Positions 57,401 through 64,000 of a stretch of DNA of 64,000 bases are shown here, piece by piece. The stretch is from positions 1-64,000 of the forward strand of contig JAAPAO010000010.1 in assembly GCA_013115145.1 (NCBI GenBank), written 5' to 3'. The first letter of the stretch is position 1; each line of letters begins with the position of its first letter. The position numbers were made by a program, and so were the translations under genes. Source of the stretch: Perkinsus chesapeaki ATCC PRA-425. Lineage: Eukaryota; Protista; Perkinsozoa. The notes under the pieces are model-generated. The model was not told where the DNA came from. It searched no databases and was given only the letters and a program-made list of their open reading frames with translations.

Positions 57401-57916
57401 CCTCGGTTCAGCGGACAAAATCTCATTATTTGGATATCTCGAGGGCTCTGGTGCACCCTCAGTTTCCTAGTCGGCACTCTCCTACCATTCGCAGCATTTA
57501 CGCAGTGGTCAACCGGCATCTTCTCGCCTGAAGGATTCACTGGTATATCGATGCAAGCCTTCGGTTTGATGGTCACAGCGAACTCGGTAGTGTTTTTCAA
57601 TCTGGCTATCTATATCTGGTCAACATCACCAGCAAGCAATATCCTATACGGAGTTGGGTCGGTACTGTTCCTAGCCACATGGCTTGCTCTTGATAAGGCT
57701 GTTTTTGACCATGCCTGGCATATATACCTCTGCTCTCCCATGGGGCTGGCATCAGTGCTTCTTTCACTCTCCCTTGCTGGCCTGTCGCTCGTCTTTGTAG
57801 TCGATTCCCATCTTGCCCGCTTCGAGGCCATCGAGGAGGGTATAGAACTTCACGAGAAACCTCACCAGCGTAGGCTGACAGTAGAACTCGGCCCACTCCC
57901 GTCGCTAAAAGAGTGA
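54458..57916 (+). CDS. P4-type ATPase (phospholipid flippase), intronless, 1152 aa
   Basis: N.I.TAKYT..TFLP, NLDGETSLK, VPISV, FTDKTGTLTEN, LPFDSDRKRMS, KVWMLTGD, CRVTPAQK, AIGDGANDV. Confidence 0.97.
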   Translation: MEDESLLDARIEAMFSRFPQICVPNRPPIPVKRRRSLLSPNRIRTAKYTLLTFLPLNLWHQFHVFANLYFLCMAGMQMLPWISDSGGIPFILLPLGFVLAVTAIKDGLEDYNRYKADFEENNQDAALVIPDGEACTVVHWEALRVGDVIRLGRGDRVPADVVILASCDEGGQVFIGTENLDGETSLKQKTALPHTNRLIVSDGDAGNLNSRSGICRTRLKINCEAPCESLHSFHGVLHIEGSSDGPLPLTVDQVIFRGSTVETTSQVWAVVVYTGHETRILRNAMKLKPRYKLSKLMLCYNKHIISLFAIQFALCTITAMLHLSLSLAFLERHFYLPRSNLLTVIEVFGAQLLQLTQFVPISVLATLEVVKVIQSMLVIDRDPEMPGCKTNTCTILEELGSVRHVFTDKTGTLTENKMLLKSLCIVRPGLAASPSSRVLVDGAAGDKEDHSPLRTRSAGLSDFWSRSMHESVPRCLRSHVAADFPADQLRMEWSSSKGTESKLLMLAMSVCHSVMARSQEYSADLVLDASSPDELALVAGAASLGLVFAGRSASNEVRLKVEHSWTAELLGCNVGEIIVKVLLVLPFDSDRKRMSVVIEHNREAIMLCKGADSTMFEAATGDVVNPELAAAVNGYAEVGLRTLVFGWKRFDTAEFAELLEEHRDACLEDSAERTRCAVDALESGLQLFGCSGVEDMLQPRVPETLAAIREHGLKVWMLTGDRVETAVNIGRSAGLFPANERSILLDSTDAVELSELMDSPLPSETSKGARIIPLEEPCPGQHMVLTGESLSVILSSRRLREQLFTAPVSSVLACRVTPAQKTELVIAARSFCSGLVLRGEQEVRGSSQGGAVLAIGDGANDVGMIQAAEVGVAVAGYEGAQAVRASDFAISRFNHLERLLLYHGPDLLRKNSFVVYYSIFKNAGFSLLPFVYGLVCAFSAANVYHVVLKQFYNTAYTALPVIAFAVFDRPDLLATCPGRWPPRFSGQNLIIWISRGLWCTLSFLVGTLLPFAAFTQWSTGIFSPEGFTGISMQAFGLMVTANSVVFFNLAIYIWSTSPASNILYGVGSVLFLATWLALDKAVFDHAWHIYLCSPMGLASVLLSLSLAGLSLVFVVDSHLARFEAIEEGIELHEKPHQRRLTVELGPLPSLKE

Positions 57917-58050
57917 ATCCTTTATTTTTTGTATCATTTCGTTACGATAGCTTCATTAGCATTATATCAGCCCTCACTTTACCAACTATGTGTTAAGTTG
58001 TTAATATTTACTGGTCACATGAGGGACTTCCCGCTATCGTCCAGGGAGAT

Positions 58051-61932
<3,882 letters not shown>

Positions 61933-62059
61933 GCCATGCAAACAATGTTGCGTCTCACGTTGTGGGATAAGTTCTCAACGGTGCGTTGTGTTATGTAGTA
62001 TACAGCTAGCGATGTAAACAGGCGGGGTTAAATACGGCGACTAAGTTACCATTTGTTCA

Positions 62060-64000
62060 ATGGTGGGGCGCAAGACCTCCTCGACTTCTCAAGGCCGAGG
62101 GGTGAAACGACCGCGTGTATCTGTCTCTCGCAGTGGCTCAGGCGTGTCTAGGACACCACGATTCACGAAGCCACTGCGGCCGAGTGTCGGGAAAGGTGGA
62201 GCATATGGAGTTTCGATTTTGATGTTTTTTCGTGTAGAACCTAGCTCAGCCGCCAGCCAGGAGTCAGTCGTTGACATTTGCAGTAGCAGCGAAGACGAAG
62301 CCAAAACTGGCAAGCGCCCCGCTGGAGGTTTCTGGTCGGAACAATTCTTCCGAGATCTCACTTTGGCCCCGCGTATCGGTAACAAGGCAAGCCCTCCAGT
62401 CACTCGGGCCCTAGCGTAAGAACTCATGTGGATTATTGCGCTTCCTATGTTTAATTTCATTCCCATCGTCCATCAAATGGACTCCAATTTACACGCTTAT
62501 TTCGTACCTTAAAACCCGAAGGTTTTTGACATCTACAACAGCACCATTCTTCGTTCTCAGCATGAAAGCGCTTCAGGGTTCTGTTAACGTAGATGATATC
62601 AAGCTGTGACTGCTTTCAATCCACGTCGTGTCAGGTCTGCCAAGCCCAAGGACGGAGCTGCGCGCAGAAGCCCGCCTGCAGTCTCGTCAACCCCTGTACT
62701 CGTCGTTGCGAAGGAAAGGAAGTCCGAATTGGCCGTCGCACTACAAAGCCAAAATGCCGTCGTTCTCCTGTACGGTCCACCTGGATGCGGCAAGAGTTTC
62801 CTCCTACATGCGGTATGCGAGGAATTGGGACTATCTGTAACAGAATACAGAAGTAGAGGATGGGTGAGAGGTAAGGATTGACAGGATGAGGTCTAAGGAT
62901 AAGCCGTAACATGTTTATTCAACTCTCTAAGTCTATTCGAAGTCTCACTCGTTAGTATCTTTGAATTAGCACTTGGTGTCGCTGGCATAGGATTTGGACG
63001 GAGTGCTGCTGATTTCGACGAAAGGGTTCCCGGTATAATAGAGCGTTCACCTATAATACCGTTAGTGTAGGTTACTGCTAGTCGGTTAGTATTCCATTTA
63101 AGGCTAATATCCATTGGGTACACATTATCATTGTGCACATCTCTTCATTTGGTGGTTCAAAACCCAAGTGATATAACGAAATAAGGCTACTGGAAGTTTT
63201 ACTGTACACTGTTTAGGTTATGAGGACCGTAACTCTACATTGCGATTCATACGGACTCCACTTCGACAGGGAGTTAAGCTAATTCGAGATTCCGCAATTG
63301 ACCTCATATCTACAAGGCAAAGTTATGACGCCGGTGGGTCTCGAGTATTCCCGAAGGCCTGAATCACTTTGTCAAGTTGTTGCTTTCGAGAAGGACACAA
63401 TCGAGGCTCTCAGCTTGGTAACTGGCCGTGTCGTTATCAGTACAACAAATTACAGACTTCTCGATAAGTTAAGTGAGTTCGTGTCACTTATGCGGAAGTT
63501 CGCTCTAGCATTCATTTTGCAGGGCAATCCCTTTCAACACAACAGTTAAAAGTGGTCACCTTCCGCCCGCTTCCCGTAGCCGGTATTCGTAAGATACTCA
63601 GATCCAAGCTGTATGCGATGGGTTGCCCATTTGTGTCAACCAGTAATATCTTTCGGCTCCAACTTGGCTTGAAATTATTCCTATGTAGCGCTCACCGACA
63701 GCTTGGCGGCTGAAAGCCGAGGCGATGCAAGATTCGCCTTGAACCAACTGGAAGCTGCTACAGCGGGTAGTGTGAGCTCTGCAGGATACGGCGGATGTTT
63801 GAAGGATAATTCATTTGACTACTTTCATGCTCTAGGGAAGGTAATCCTCAAGCCGTATGTGACTTGATAGTAGCGGTATTAGGTACTGTACTGTAAACGC
63901 ATTGACCCAGACGCACCGGACAAACCTCCTTCACAGTTGCCACCAGTGAAATTAGTTTCGAAGATGGATCGTTTACCACCTTACTTTGACGTAGAGGAGC
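62060..64000 (+). CDS. RAD17: Rad17/Rad24 checkpoint clamp-loader subunit, multi-exon, 3' end runs off the window
   Basis: Basic N-terminal extension, LLYGPPGCGKS..HAVCEELG..V.EY Walker A region, later I.FNP and D.R.ALNQLE-like AAA+ motifs. Confidence 0.75.

Noticed and set aside
49990-57896. Numerous overlapping and antisense ORFs in the Rav1 and P4-ATPase region
   Set aside because: Shadow ORFs expected in GC-rich coding DNA; they have no motifs.

Overview
Compact, intron-rich eukaryotic DNA. By inference it is a Perkinsus-like alveolate: mostly 40-60 nt GT-AG introns, pyrimidine-AG sites just upstream of start codons, co-oriented gene blocks, an intronless subtilisin and orphan secreted families. 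One 91-N assembly gap lies at 12450-12540. Genes in order: polycystin/PKD2-like channel (cut by the left edge); secreted orphan; acylated copine with a probable long C-terminal extension; two DUF962/Mpo1-like paralogs flanking three tandem secreted orphans, two with a shifted N-terminus; CAP/SCP protein; hypothetical; intronless propeller-like protein; DUF900-type alpha/beta hydrolase; orphan with an acidic tail; subtilisin; ~11.7 kb UBR1-type E3 ligase; small hypothetical; five tandem secreted two-EF-hand genes; intronless Rav1/DMXL and P4-ATPase; RecQ; Rad17 (cut by the right edge). The most striking signal is in the hydrolase gene, where two consecutive spliceosomal introns are built from tRNA-gene relics. 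One is almost a whole tRNA: its 5' end supplies the GTAAGT donor and its Pol III oligo-T terminator supplies the polypyrimidine tract. Other highlights are a serial fold-back inverted-repeat cluster in a UBR1 intron, intron-filling minisatellites and the A-B-B-B-A EF-hand array. All exon structures were derived by hand, so the outer ends of long genes are approximate.
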